54,761 nucleotides of DNA from an uncultured Gammaproteobacteria bacterium (GCA_964361645.1 CAYIBK010000004.1:1-54761), one strand, 5' to 3'; counted from the first letter of the stretch, positions 26,274 through 35,315 are shown. The notes: generated from the letters alone by a model not told the origin. A program made the numbers and translations.

Positions 26274-27440
26274 TTAAATCATATTAATAAATAAAGCAGC
26301 TATGGCCGCTAAAATAAATGTCCACTGCAAGCCAATAAAATTTATAACTACTATTAGTATTATCGCTCCAACCGCTCGGCCAAGATTAAGAGCTATTTCT
26401 CGCAGTACCGTTAGTTCATCAACATAATGGCCGGAATCAGCCGCTTTTTCATAAGTTATGGCGCTAAATGGCGTCTGCATAATAATGGCGGCAAAATTAT
26501 GGTAAGCAGAAACGACAAATATTTGAAAACCAGTAAGAACAAAGGCTTTCAAGATCCAACCCAGGGCATATAAACCCGAGCCCCACTTAAGCAACTTATA
26601 TTTATTAAACTTGTCAGTATAAGAGCCCATCACCAGCTGGAGAATGATGGTTGATAAGATTATAACCGAGGAAATAACACCAACTTTCAAAAAATTCCCT
26701 TCCAGCAATTGAAAGATGAAAATCGGCCAGATAATGCCGCCAATCATATTTTCTATGCCGATAGAAAAAAATGACAGGGCCATAGGCCGATTTTTTTTCT
26801 TAAAAAATTGACGCCAAGTTTCTAAAAAACTAAAGGAAAACTTTTCGTAAGTGGGCCGAACCATAAAAAGCGGCAAAACAGAAACGGCAATTAAAATTAT
26901 AACGATTAAAAATAAAACATCAAAATCATAATTATAAATTATCCAACCAGAAATTATTGGCACAAAAATAGAAACCAAGCTGGAAATAGACGACAGAAAT
27001 CCGATGACTCGCCCGCGTTCTTTTTTATTAGTGAAACTGGCAAAATCAGTATGGTAGGGCACCCAGAACATCATCATATGTATTTCAATCATAATAATCA
27101 TCAAAATTACAAAAATCCAAACTGGATAACCTAAAGCCAAAAAATACAGACAAAGGAAAAAAAGAACCTTAAAGGGTATAGAAATTATCATGGCCATTTT
27201 CTGTCCCAGCCTAGACATCAACATAGCGCCAAAAATGACTACCAATGAATAAATAAGATGAACAATTAAAAAATAAAATAAAACATAATCCAAACGGCCA
27301 AATTTTCCCCACAAAAAAATCGGCATAAACAAGCCCACTAGGCCCGAGCCGATTTCATTTATAACTATATTGGAATAAAGAGCGGTCATACCGGAAGAAA
27401 GACGAGTTTGCAAATATAAACTTTTGAAAATTTTAAGCAT
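26274..27440 (-). CDS. MFS-type transporter (paralog of 25089-26270)
   Basis: 388 aa polytopic protein, tandem with its paralog (3-nt gap). Confidence 0.7.
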   Translation of the reverse strand: MLKIFKSLYLQTRLSSGMTALYSNIVINEIGSGLVGLFMPIFLWGKFGRLDYVLFYFLIVHLIYSLVVIFGAMLMSRLGQKMAMIISIPFKVLFFLCLYFLALGYPVWIFVILMIIMIEIHMMMFWVPYHTDFASFTNKKERGRVIGFLSSISSLVSIFVPIISGWIIYNYDFDVLFLIVIILIAVSVLPLFMVRPTYEKFSFSFLETWRQFFKKKNRPMALSFFSIGIENMIGGIIWPIFIFQLLEGNFLKVGVISSVIILSTIILQLVMGSYTDKFNKYKLLKWGSGLYALGWILKAFVLTGFQIFVVSAYHNFAAIIMQTPFSAITYEKAADSGHYVDELTVLREIALNLGRAVGAIILIVVINFIGLQWTFILAAIAALFINMI

Positions 27441-27445
27441 GGAAT

Positions 27446-27523
27446 TTAGTTTATAAAGTTTATAAAGTTTATAAAGTTATAAAGTCCGACTGATTTTAGA
27501 AAATAATTTTGACTTTAAAAACT
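27446..27523. repeat. AT-rich word palindrome (tttataaag x4 ... ctttataaa)
   Basis: agtttataaagtttataaagtttataaagttataaagtc ... gactttaaaaactttataaac. Confidence 0.75.
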
Positions 27524-28540
27524 TTATAAACCTTTAACTAATTTATACATATTATACCACAATCCACTGTAAATTTCATCCCAAGATCCGATATAATTTG
27601 TCGGTTCCCTAAATTGGTCAAAGCCGTTTTTAAATCTGGTCACTCCGGGCCATTTATTTTCATCCACGCCCCAGAAATCATAATAGTTACAACCAGTTTC
27701 TTTAGCTTCAACAATACTTTGCCACTGAAGTAAATACGGCGCCATTTTACTCCTATATTCATAATCAGAGGCGCCATGAAGATAAACCTGCCAAGCACCT
27801 ATTTTGATGATTATATTGGCCACGATAACTTTATTTTCGTATTTAGCCACCACTAATTGTGCCATATCAGCTTCGCCTAAAACCTGCAACAATTTCTTGT
27901 AATAATTTTTAGAATGAGGAATGATTTCGTTGCGCTTAGATGTTTTCTCCATCAAAGACCAGAAATCATCAAAATATTTTTCACCATAATCTATTTCTAC
28001 GCCATTTTTTTGGGCCACTTTGATATTATAACGAGTCTTGGATTTCATATTTTTTAAAAGATCATCTTCTGATTTCAACAAGCTTAAAATAAGAGTTGAT
28101 TTGGGCTGGACTTGGCCAGAAAAAACAAAACCGGCCTCTTTTAGGATTTCTCTGAGGTGCTCGCCATCGCGCCAGGCCGGATCCAGCCTTAAAAAAATCG
28201 CTTTTTCTTTTTGTGCTAATTGTTTTATTGTCATTGCGAGCATAGCGAAGCAATCCCATGGGATCGCCGCGGTCGCTTCACTTCCTCGCGATGACAAAAA
28301 TATCGGGCCACGAGGCAGATAAAAATAACTTCGGCCAAACTTAAGCTGATGTTTTATCACTAAAGCCATGGCCAGTATTTTATCATTTTCTTCTAAGATA
28401 AATCTAAAAAACTTACGGCCCAAGGTGGCCTGAAAAATGCCCCACTCCCATGATTGCAATAAACCAAAATCATTGGAATTTTGATGGACAAATTCATTCC
28501 ATTTATCCTTATAAGAATTATCGCAGATAATCACTTTCAT
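27524..28540 (-). CDS. FemAB-family peptidoglycan interpeptide-bridge aminoacyltransferase (FemX-like)
   Basis: 338 aa. WNEFV....DFGLLQSWEWG, YLPRGP, and the C-terminal YYDFWG...GV.RFK.GF are typical of the FemAB family. It carries a 22-codon repeat-encoded insert. Confidence 0.8.
   Translation of the reverse strand: MKVIICDNSYKDKWNEFVHQNSNDFGLLQSWEWGIFQATLGRKFFRFILEENDKILAMALVIKHQLKFGRSYFYLPRGPIFLSSRGSEATAAIPWDCFAMLAMTIKQLAQKEKAIFLRLDPAWRDGEHLREILKEAGFVFSGQVQPKSTLILSLLKSEDDLLKNMKSKTRYNIKVAQKNGVEIDYGEKYFDDFWSLMEKTSKRNEIIPHSKNYYKKLLQVLGEADMAQLVVAKYENKVIVANIIIKIGAWQVYLHGASDYEYRSKMAPYLLQWQSIVEAKETGCNYYDFWGVDENKWPGVTRFKNGFDQFREPTNYIGSWDEIYSGLWYNMYKLVKGL
28230..28295. repeat. A-type palindromic element inserted in-frame in the FemAB-family gene (66 nt = 22 codons)
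   Basis: gtcattgcgagcatagcgaagcaatcccatgggatcgccgcggtcgcttcacttcctcgcgatgac encodes SSRGSEATAAIPWDCFAMLAMT on the minus strand with no stop. Confidence 0.85.
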
Positions 28541-28763
28541 AATACAGTTATTTTAGCAAAAATAAGCCAAAGAAAAAAGACTCTTCTGTGTCTTTGAAAT
28601 GAACCGACCCCGCTCTAAAGAGCGGGGTATCGGGGCGGTTAAAATGAGAGGAGTCGGCTCCGCCGACAGTAATTTTCTCATACTGGCCTTCATCCCCTGG
28701 CTTAAAAGCCATGGGTATTCGGCCAGCAACATTATAAAATGGTTTAATTTTTTAATTAATATT

Positions 28764-31259
28764 TTAGACCACAAAACTTAGCAATCTACCAGGTACAAAA
28801 ATAGTTTTTTTAATCGTCTGGCCAGCCAAATATTTTTTGACACTCTCATTTGAGTTAGCCACTCTTATGGCTTCTGCCTCGCTAGTACCCTCGGGCAATT
28901 TTATTTTAGCTCTTAATTTTCCATTTATCTGCACGGCGATTTCCACCTCTTCATCTTTTAATTTTGATTTATCAGCTACGGGCCACTGTTCTTTTATAAT
29001 ACTTTCTTGGTGCCCCAATTTCTGCCATAATTCTTCAGCTATATGGGGAGAGAAAGGAGATAATAAAATTAAAAATTTTTCTAAAGTTGGCCGATCGGCC
29101 GATTTATTTTCTATAATCTTGTTGCTTAAAATCATTAGGGCTGAAACAGCCGTATTAAACTTCATACTTTCTATATCTTCGGTTACTTTCTTAATTGTTT
29201 TATTAACTAAAACATCCAAATCCTTATTCTCTAAACTAACCACCTCAGCCAAATCAGAATTATAAATATTCCACACCCTGTCTAAAAATCTTCTAACACC
29301 AACAACTCCTTGGCTGTCCCAAGGAATAGCTTGATCAAAGGGGCCCATAAACATTTCATAGAGCCTGAGGGTATCGGCGCCATACTCCTTTACAACATCA
29401 TCGGGGTTAATCACATTGCCACGAGATTTAGACATCTTCTCTCCACCTTCACCCAAAATCATGCCCTGAGAAGTTCTCTTTTGATAAGGCTCCGAGGTAG
29501 GCACCACGCCAATATCATATAAAAACTTGTGCCAAAATCTGGAATAGAGTAAATGCAAAGTGGTATGTTCCATACCGCCATTATACCAATCAATCGGTGT
29601 CCAATGTTTTAGATTTTTTTCGCTCGCCAAAACTTTATTATTATACGGATCAGTATATCTTAAAAAATACCAAGAAGATCCGGCCCATTGTGGCATGGTA
29701 TCGGTTTCCCGCTTAGCCTGGCCACCGCATTTTGGACATTTAACCTTAACCCATTTATCTAATTTTGAAAGTGGCGACTGGCCATCTTCGCTGGTTTGAA
29801 ATTTTTTGATTTCTGGTAATTTCAGTGGCAAATCTTTTTCGGAAAGTGGCACAAAACCGCACTGGGCGCATTCGACAATAGGAATCGGCTCGCCCCAATA
29901 GCGTTGCCTGGAAAAAACCCAATCGCGCAATTTATAATTAACGGCCTTGGTGCCTAATTTTTTTTCTTCCAGCCAGATAATCATTTTAGCCATGGCTTCT
30001 TTGGGTTTTAAGCCATCTAAAAAATCAGAATTAACCATTTTACCACTATCTATATTAGTAAAAGATGATTTTGAAATATCACCGCCGGAAATTACCTCAA
30101 TAATTTCCAAATTAAATTTTTTAGCAAATTCCCAGTCTCTTTCGTCGTGGGCCGGTACGGCCATAATGGCACCGGTGCCATAAGAAATTAAAACATAATC
30201 AGAAATCCAAATGGGAATGGCTTGGTTGTTCACTGGGTTAATCGCTTTTATGCCCCGCAGTTCCACACCCGTTTTTTCTTTTTGAAGTTCCGTTCTCTCT
30301 AAATCAGATTTTTTAGCCGTGGCCTTAATATAATTTTCAACTTCCTCAAAATTAGTAATCTGATCTTTTAATTGTTTCACTAATTCGTGCTCCGGGGCTA
30401 AAACCATGTAGGTAGCGCCAAATAAGGTATCTGGGCGAGTGGTGTAGACGGTTATTTCCCCTCCTTTCCAAGGAGGGGTTGGGGGTGGTTGGCCACTGTT
30501 TTTGACAACCCCTCCATCGCTTTGCTCTGCCTCCCCTTGATAAGGGGGGGATATTTTAAAAACCACATTTACTCCTTCACTTCTGCCAATCCAATTTTTC
30601 TGTTGGATTTTTATTCTTTCAATATAATCCAAGCCCTCTAAATCTTTTTCTAACCTGTCAGCGTATTGAGTGATTTTAAGCAACCATTGTTTTTTAATTT
30701 TCTTCACCACTTCCCCGCCACAACGCTCACATTTGCCATCAACCACTTCTTCATTGGCCAAGCCCACTTTGCAATCAAGACAAAAATTAATCGCCATTTC
30801 CGCCTTATAAGCCAAGCCATGTTTAAAAAGTTGTAAAAAAATCCACTGCGTCCATTTATAATACTTTGGATCGGTGGTAGAAACTTCCCTGCTCCAATCA
30901 AAAGAAAAACCCAAAGACTTTAATTGTCTTCTGAAATTAGAAATATTAGCTTTAGTTGTAATCCGCGGATGGATGCCGGTTTTAATGGCATAATTTTCCG
31001 CTGGCAAACCAAAAGCGTCCCAGCCAATTGGGTAAAGCACATTATAACCCTCCATTCTTCTTTTTCTAGCTACAATATCCAAGGCGGTGTTACTTCTAAG
31101 ATGGCCAACATGAAGACCTTCACCTGATGGATAGGGAAATTCAATCAAACAATAATATTTGGGTTTGTCGCTTTCATCTTTAGCTTCAAATAACTTCTTC
31201 TTCTCCCAATATTTTTGCCATTTGGGTTCAATTTCTTGGTGATTATAAACCTTATTCAT
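28764..31259 (-). CDS. leuS: leucyl-tRNA synthetase
   Basis: HVGH (FPYPSGEGLHVGH) and KMSKS motifs, TTRPDTLFGATYMVLAPEH in the editing domain. The start is taken at MNKVYNHQEIEPKWQKYW; the ORF track extends to 31307. Confidence 0.95.
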   Translation of the reverse strand: MNKVYNHQEIEPKWQKYWEKKKLFEAKDESDKPKYYCLIEFPYPSGEGLHVGHLRSNTALDIVARKRRMEGYNVLYPIGWDAFGLPAENYAIKTGIHPRITTKANISNFRRQLKSLGFSFDWSREVSTTDPKYYKWTQWIFLQLFKHGLAYKAEMAINFCLDCKVGLANEEVVDGKCERCGGEVVKKIKKQWLLKITQYADRLEKDLEGLDYIERIKIQQKNWIGRSEGVNVVFKISPPYQGEAEQSDGGVVKNSGQPPPTPPWKGGEITVYTTRPDTLFGATYMVLAPEHELVKQLKDQITNFEEVENYIKATAKKSDLERTELQKEKTGVELRGIKAINPVNNQAIPIWISDYVLISYGTGAIMAVPAHDERDWEFAKKFNLEIIEVISGGDISKSSFTNIDSGKMVNSDFLDGLKPKEAMAKMIIWLEEKKLGTKAVNYKLRDWVFSRQRYWGEPIPIVECAQCGFVPLSEKDLPLKLPEIKKFQTSEDGQSPLSKLDKWVKVKCPKCGGQAKRETDTMPQWAGSSWYFLRYTDPYNNKVLASEKNLKHWTPIDWYNGGMEHTTLHLLYSRFWHKFLYDIGVVPTSEPYQKRTSQGMILGEGGEKMSKSRGNVINPDDVVKEYGADTLRLYEMFMGPFDQAIPWDSQGVVGVRRFLDRVWNIYNSDLAEVVSLENKDLDVLVNKTIKKVTEDIESMKFNTAVSALMILSNKIIENKSADRPTLEKFLILLSPFSPHIAEELWQKLGHQESIIKEQWPVADKSKLKDEEVEIAVQINGKLRAKIKLPEGTSEAEAIRVANSNESVKKYLAGQTIKKTIFVPGRLLSFVV
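30466..30561. repeat. C-type repeat (two hairpins) inserted in-frame in leuS
   Basis: cccctcctttccaaggaggggttgggggtggtt ... cctccccttgataagggggg encodes SPPYQGEAEQSDGGVVKNSGQPPPTPPWKGGE between VVFKI and ITVYTTRPDT. Boundaries are approximate. Confidence 0.8.
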
Positions 31260-31352
31260 GCTAGTTTTAGAATTTAAAATTAATAGGTGATAATCTAAAA
31301 TTAACATAAATCAGCCTTTTTTTCAATTACTATTAATTTGATTAAAAAACTC

Positions 31353-31382
31353 AAACAAAAAACCGGCTCAGCCGGTTTTTAT
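31353..31382 (-). terminator. rho-independent terminator after efp
   Basis: Minus strand AAAAACCGGCTGAGCCGGTTTTTTGTTTG. Confidence 0.7.
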
Positions 31383-31398
31383 TATATCTAACATATAA

Positions 31399-31971
31399 TT
31401 AGGTTACTCGTTCGCAATATTCTTCGCTTTCGGTATTAACTCTGATAATATCACCTTCTTTAATAAAGAGTGGCACTTGGATATTAACTCCAGTTTCTAA
31501 TTCGGCTGTTTTCATCACCCGTCCTTGGGCTGAATTACCCTTGACGCCTTCGGGAGCAGCCACCACTTTTAATTCCACTTTGGTCGGCAAAGAAATAGAA
31601 ACTGGGTTGCCAGAAAAATAAAGCACATCAATTTTGTCGCCGTCTTTCATATAATTGGACAAATGGCCAATAACTTCCTGGGGCAAACTAAATTGTTCAA
31701 AATCATCATTAGTCATAAAATGATAATTGCTGCCGTCATTATAAAGATAATCAGCCCTTCTCTTTTGCAGGTCCGCCTCTTCCACTTTATCGCCAGGATG
31801 AAAGTTAACTTCCGCCATCTTGCCATTTAACAAATTTTTTATCTTGGTCTGCATAACCGGCTTTCTCATTTGCATCCTAACAAAATTGGCTTCAGCCACC
31901 ACATAGGGATCGCCTTCATAAATAATATTAGTGCCTTTTTTGATGCCATTTAAATTTGGTATGATTACCAT
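31399..31971 (-). CDS. efp: elongation factor P
   Basis: 190 aa. The sequence GIKKGTNIIYEGDPYVVAEANFVRMQMRKPVMQTKIKNLLNGK and the overall length fit EF-P. Confidence 0.9.
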   Translation of the reverse strand: MVIIPNLNGIKKGTNIIYEGDPYVVAEANFVRMQMRKPVMQTKIKNLLNGKMAEVNFHPGDKVEEADLQKRRADYLYNDGSNYHFMTNDDFEQFSLPQEVIGHLSNYMKDGDKIDVLYFSGNPVSISLPTKVELKVVAAPEGVKGNSAQGRVMKTAELETGVNIQVPLFIKEGDIIRVNTESEEYCERVT

Positions 31972-31977
31972 AAATCT

Positions 31978-32075
31978 AGTCCATAAAGTCTATAAAGTTA
32001 AAAGTCCATAAAGACTATGAAGTTTATATTTAAAATAAACTTTATAGACTTTTGACTTTAAAACTTTTAGACTTG
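31978..32075. repeat. AT-rich word palindrome (agtctataaagtt ... aactttatagact)
   Basis: Inverted word copies lie on either side of tatatttaaaata. Confidence 0.7.
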
Positions 32076-32087
32076 CGCCGAAGCGCC

Positions 32088-32327
32088 TTATTTAGTTACA
32101 AAAGGCAGAATAGACATTATCCTGGCGCGCTTAATGGCCTGGGCTAATAGCCTTTGGTGCTTAGAGCAAACACCGCTTCTCTTTCGCGGCACAATTTTGG
32201 AATAAGAAGAAATAAATCTTCTAAGTAATTGCTGATTTTTATAATCAACATGATTAGCATTATTAACGCAAAAATAACAATATCTGTCCTTTTGCATTAA
32301 ATCATTTTTTTTATTATTGTTGGTCAT
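32088..32327 (-). CDS. rpsR: 30S ribosomal protein S18
   Basis: CYFC....VDYKN..LLRRFIS...KI.PR..SGVC.KHQR.LA.AIKRAR. Confidence 0.9.
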   Translation of the reverse strand: MTNNNKKNDLMQKDRYCYFCVNNANHVDYKNQQLLRRFISSYSKIVPRKRSGVCSKHQRLLAQAIKRARIMSILPFVTK

Positions 32328-32361
32328 TAGTTTTGAATTTTAAGTTTTGATTTTTGAGTTA

Positions 32362-32805
32362 TTAGAATGGTATGTCCTCAACTTTAATGTCATCATCAAC
32401 CTCTGAAGATTGTTCTACTGGCTGGTTGGATGGGGCTGAGGCAAAGTTAGATGAAGCCTTTGGTGCGGAAGATTGTCCGCTTCTTGGGCCCAACTGAACA
32501 TTCTCGGCAATAATCTCTGTTTTCCAATGCTTAACACCCTGTTGATCTGTCCAGCTTCTAGTTTGAATCCTGCCTTCAATCATAATAAGGCTTCCTTTGG
32601 TTAAATACTGGCCCACGATTTCGGCTAATCTGCCCCAAGCCACCACATTATGAAATTCAGCTTGAGTTTGTTTTTGGCCTTGTTTATCGGTCCAGGTTCT
32701 ATTGGTAGCCACAGAAAAAGAAGAGACTGATTGGCCAGTTGGCGTATTTTTAACTTCTGGATCCTGGGTTAAATTACCAATAATGATCGCTTTATTTAGA
32801 TTCAT
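32362..32805 (-). CDS. ssb: single-stranded DNA-binding protein
   Basis: MNLNKAIIIGNLTQDPE OB-fold start and an acidic tail ending DDDIKVEDIPF. Confidence 0.9.
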   Translation of the reverse strand: MNLNKAIIIGNLTQDPEVKNTPTGQSVSSFSVATNRTWTDKQGQKQTQAEFHNVVAWGRLAEIVGQYLTKGSLIMIEGRIQTRSWTDQQGVKHWKTEIIAENVQLGPRSGQSSAPKASSNFASAPSNQPVEQSSEVDDDIKVEDIPF

Positions 32806-32849
32806 AGGATTGGTTGTTAGTTTATAAATTTATTTATGAACTTAGATAC

Positions 32850-33338
32850 TTAAATTATAGCATCATCACGCAGAATTTCATCAAGTTTGTCATCAAGATT
32901 TTTCATTTCCTTCTTTTTAAATTCTTTTTGTTTAACAACTTTTTTCTCTTCGGTTTTTGGCTTAGCCTCTTCAGCGGCCCTAGCCCTTTGTCTTTTTTGG
33001 CGTTCGATTTCGGCTTGGGTAATTTTGGGCTTAGAAATTATTTGGGCTCTTAAAATTTCCTTGTCTAATTTCAAATCATTACTAATGGATTTTACCACGG
33101 TTGGATCTTCTAATTCAAACTCAACCACCATATAATAGCCGTGATTAATTTTGTTTATCGGATAAGCCAATTTCTTTTTACCCAAAAATTCACTAAAACC
33201 CAAAACTCCGCCGTATTTTTGCAAAAGAGTATTTATTTTCTCTTTCACTAACTTAAGCTCATCTTCGATGTATTGATTGGAAACAATATAAAGTAATTCG
33301 TAATTTTTTCCGCTAAAAGCGAGTGTGGTATTAGTCAT
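32850..33338 (-). CDS. rpsF: 30S ribosomal protein S6 with Lys/Glu-rich C-terminal extension
   Basis: YELLYIVS...; rpsF-ssb-rpsR is the conserved gene order. Confidence 0.85.
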   Translation of the reverse strand: MTNTTLAFSGKNYELLYIVSNQYIEDELKLVKEKINTLLQKYGGVLGFSEFLGKKKLAYPINKINHGYYMVVEFELEDPTVVKSISNDLKLDKEILRAQIISKPKITQAEIERQKRQRARAAEEAKPKTEEKKVVKQKEFKKKEMKNLDDKLDEILRDDAII

Positions 33339-33380
33339 GTCTTATTGCTCATTAAATTTATTATTTTTAACAACTTACAC

Positions 33381-33471
33381 CCCTACAAATCAACGGATCA
33401 ACTACAAATCTACAAATAAAAATGAGAAACCTAATTTTGTAAATTTGTAAAAGATTTGTAAATTCGTAGGG
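33381..33471. repeat. AT-rich word palindrome (ccctacaaatc ... gatttgtaaattcgtaggg) in the rpsF leader
   Basis: tacaaat words lie on one arm and atttgta words on the other. Confidence 0.7.
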
Positions 33472-33620
33472 AATAAAAACAACCCTAAGGCACGCCTTAG
33501 AGTTTAATGTTAATCGAACTCAAATTTGGCGCCCCTTCTTCTTGCTCGACTGCCAAGAAGATAATTTCACAATAAGTGAATGGAAAAGGCTTCCTTTTAG
33601 ATTGATTTTGTTGTAAGCTG

Positions 33621-33649
33621 ATAATAGCATAGATTATTAATATTTGCAA
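33621..33649 (-). promoter_or_regulatory. candidate sigma70-type promoter for rpsF-ssb-rpsR
   Basis: Minus strand TTGCAA-17 nt-TATTAT, implying a leader of about 275 nt. Confidence 0.35.
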
Positions 33650-33807
33650 GTGCTCGATAAATAATACAATATTTCAGTTATTTTAAAAAATTATTTTGAA
33701 TTTAGGCACAGATAATTTAAAAATTTCTAATTTTCAATTTAAAAAATAATTAGTTAATTTTAGAATTTTAAAATTGTTTGGAAATTAGAAATTAAAAATT
33801 ATAAATT

Positions 33808-35004
33808 ATGAACCAATACATCTTTATCTTGGGCAATAACCCCGAATTATCGGTGGCAGAAATTAAAGCTCTCTTCCCCCAAATTGAAATTAGCACCAAA
33901 ACCAATATCGCCTTAATTGGGAAATTAGTTGATTTTGACTGTGGCGAGGCCATAAAAAAACTCGGCGGCACTATTAAAATCGGCCAAGTTATCGACCAGA
34001 AAATTGATAAGGAGCTTATCATTAAAGAGATAACCCAAAGGGCTAAAATTCACCCTGTTAAATATGATAATAAACAAAACCAAGATTTTGTTAATAATAA
34101 TCCAACCGAAAAAACTGCCGATAATTCTGAAAAATTATTTAACAGGGTAAATTACGGCTTAAGCTTTTATGAAACCAAGCCCACCAAAATCGGCATGGAA
34201 ATAAAAAAGGAATTAAAAGCCCGAGGGTTGTCTAGTCGTCTGGTTGTGAGCCGGGAAAAAGTTTTATCATCGGTTATTGTCAAAAAAAATAAAGTAACCG
34301 AATTTTTAATCCTACCTAGTATCTTAGCCCTCACTTGTGCTGTTCAAGAATTTGAGGCATACGGCAAAAGAGATTACGGCCGGCCCAAAAGCGATGCCCA
34401 CTCCGGCATGTTGCCACCCAAATTAGCCAGAATGATGATCAATTTATCAGGAGCCAAAAACGATGATCTTATCCTGGATCCTTTTTGCGGTTCGGGCACG
34501 GTTTTAACCGAGGCACTAGCCTTAAATTACAAAAATATAATCGGTAGCGATCTAGCCGCTAAGGCTTGTGAAGACAGCCAAGACAATTTAGATTGGCTAT
34601 GTGGCGAATACCATATCACCGATGCTAAATATGTTATTTATAATATTGGGGCCGATAAATTAAGCAGTAAAATAAAGCCGAGAGCAGTTGGGGCAATCAT
34701 CACCGAGCCGTATTTGGGCCCAACCATAAAAGAGGATGAAAAAGAAAGCCATATTTTTAAAATCATTTCCGGAATAGAAAATATTTATTTAAAAGCTTTC
34801 ACCGAATTTAAAATTGTTTTAAAGACAAATGGTCTGGTGGTAATAATTATGCCTTTCTGGCACTTGGGCCAGAGAGAATTTAAATTAAGAATAGAAAATA
34901 AAATAGCCAACTTAGGCTTTAAAAGGCTGGATCGTGGCAACTTAATATACAGCCGGCCGGATCAAAAAGTTTGGCGTCAAATAGAAATTTGGCAGAATAA
35001 ATAA
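33808..35004 (+). CDS. SAM-dependent methyltransferase, UPF0020/Trm11-RlmL-like (probable RNA guanine-N2 methyltransferase)
   Basis: Motif I LDPFCGSGTVLTEA and motif IV ITEPYLG. 398 aa. Confidence 0.65.
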   Translation: MNQYIFILGNNPELSVAEIKALFPQIEISTKTNIALIGKLVDFDCGEAIKKLGGTIKIGQVIDQKIDKELIIKEITQRAKIHPVKYDNKQNQDFVNNNPTEKTADNSEKLFNRVNYGLSFYETKPTKIGMEIKKELKARGLSSRLVVSREKVLSSVIVKKNKVTEFLILPSILALTCAVQEFEAYGKRDYGRPKSDAHSGMLPPKLARMMINLSGAKNDDLILDPFCGSGTVLTEALALNYKNIIGSDLAAKACEDSQDNLDWLCGEYHITDAKYVIYNIGADKLSSKIKPRAVGAIITEPYLGPTIKEDEKESHIFKIISGIENIYLKAFTEFKIVLKTNGLVVIIMPFWHLGQREFKLRIENKIANLGFKRLDRGNLIYSRPDQKVWRQIEIWQNK

Positions 35005-35016
35005 ATATATTTAAGC

Positions 35017-35260
35017 GTCATTGCGAGGGAGCAAAGCGAACGAAGTAATCCCAATTCCTCTAATATGAGATTGTCGCGTCGCCCTCAAGCTCACCGCAAT
35101 AACGGTGTGTTTGTCATTAGCGAGCCTGCCTGCCGGCAGGCAGGGAACGAAGCAATCTGACACGAAGCGTCATCCCGACCCCGCACTTGATGCGGGGAAA
35201 GGGATCCCTTGGTTTTATTACTATGGGATTGCTTCTCCGCCCTGGGCGGATCGCAATGAC
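35017..35260. repeat. composite A-type elements with nested B-type palindrome (35124-35143) and a nested gtcatcccgac-type sub-element
   Basis: gtcattgcgaggg..., then gtcattagcgag|cctgcctgccggcaggcagg|gaacgaagcaatc ... gggattgcttctccgccctgggcggatcgcaatgac. Confidence 0.85.
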
Positions 35261-35286
35261 GATTATTTGCATGATAATTAAACAAT

Positions 35287-35315
35287 AAAAAAAGCGAGGA
35301 GTATTTCATCCTCGC
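35287..35315 (-). terminator. rho-independent terminator of GC-rich cassette 1
   Basis: Minus strand GCGAGGATGAAATACTCCTCGC followed by TTTTTTT. Confidence 0.7.

Noticed and set aside
28553-28781. 73-aa minus-strand and 60-aa plus-strand ORFs between leuS and the FemAB-family gene
   Set aside because: The region is dominated by three stem-loops, and the ORFs lack an SD and have odd composition. It is treated as structured non-coding RNA/terminator instead.
30466-30561. Intein or CP-domain expansion in LeuRS
   Set aside because: The insert is only about 32 aa with no intein blocks (no C/S/T...HN junctions). The nucleotide sequence matches the intergenic C-type repeats, so a repeat insertion is the simpler explanation.
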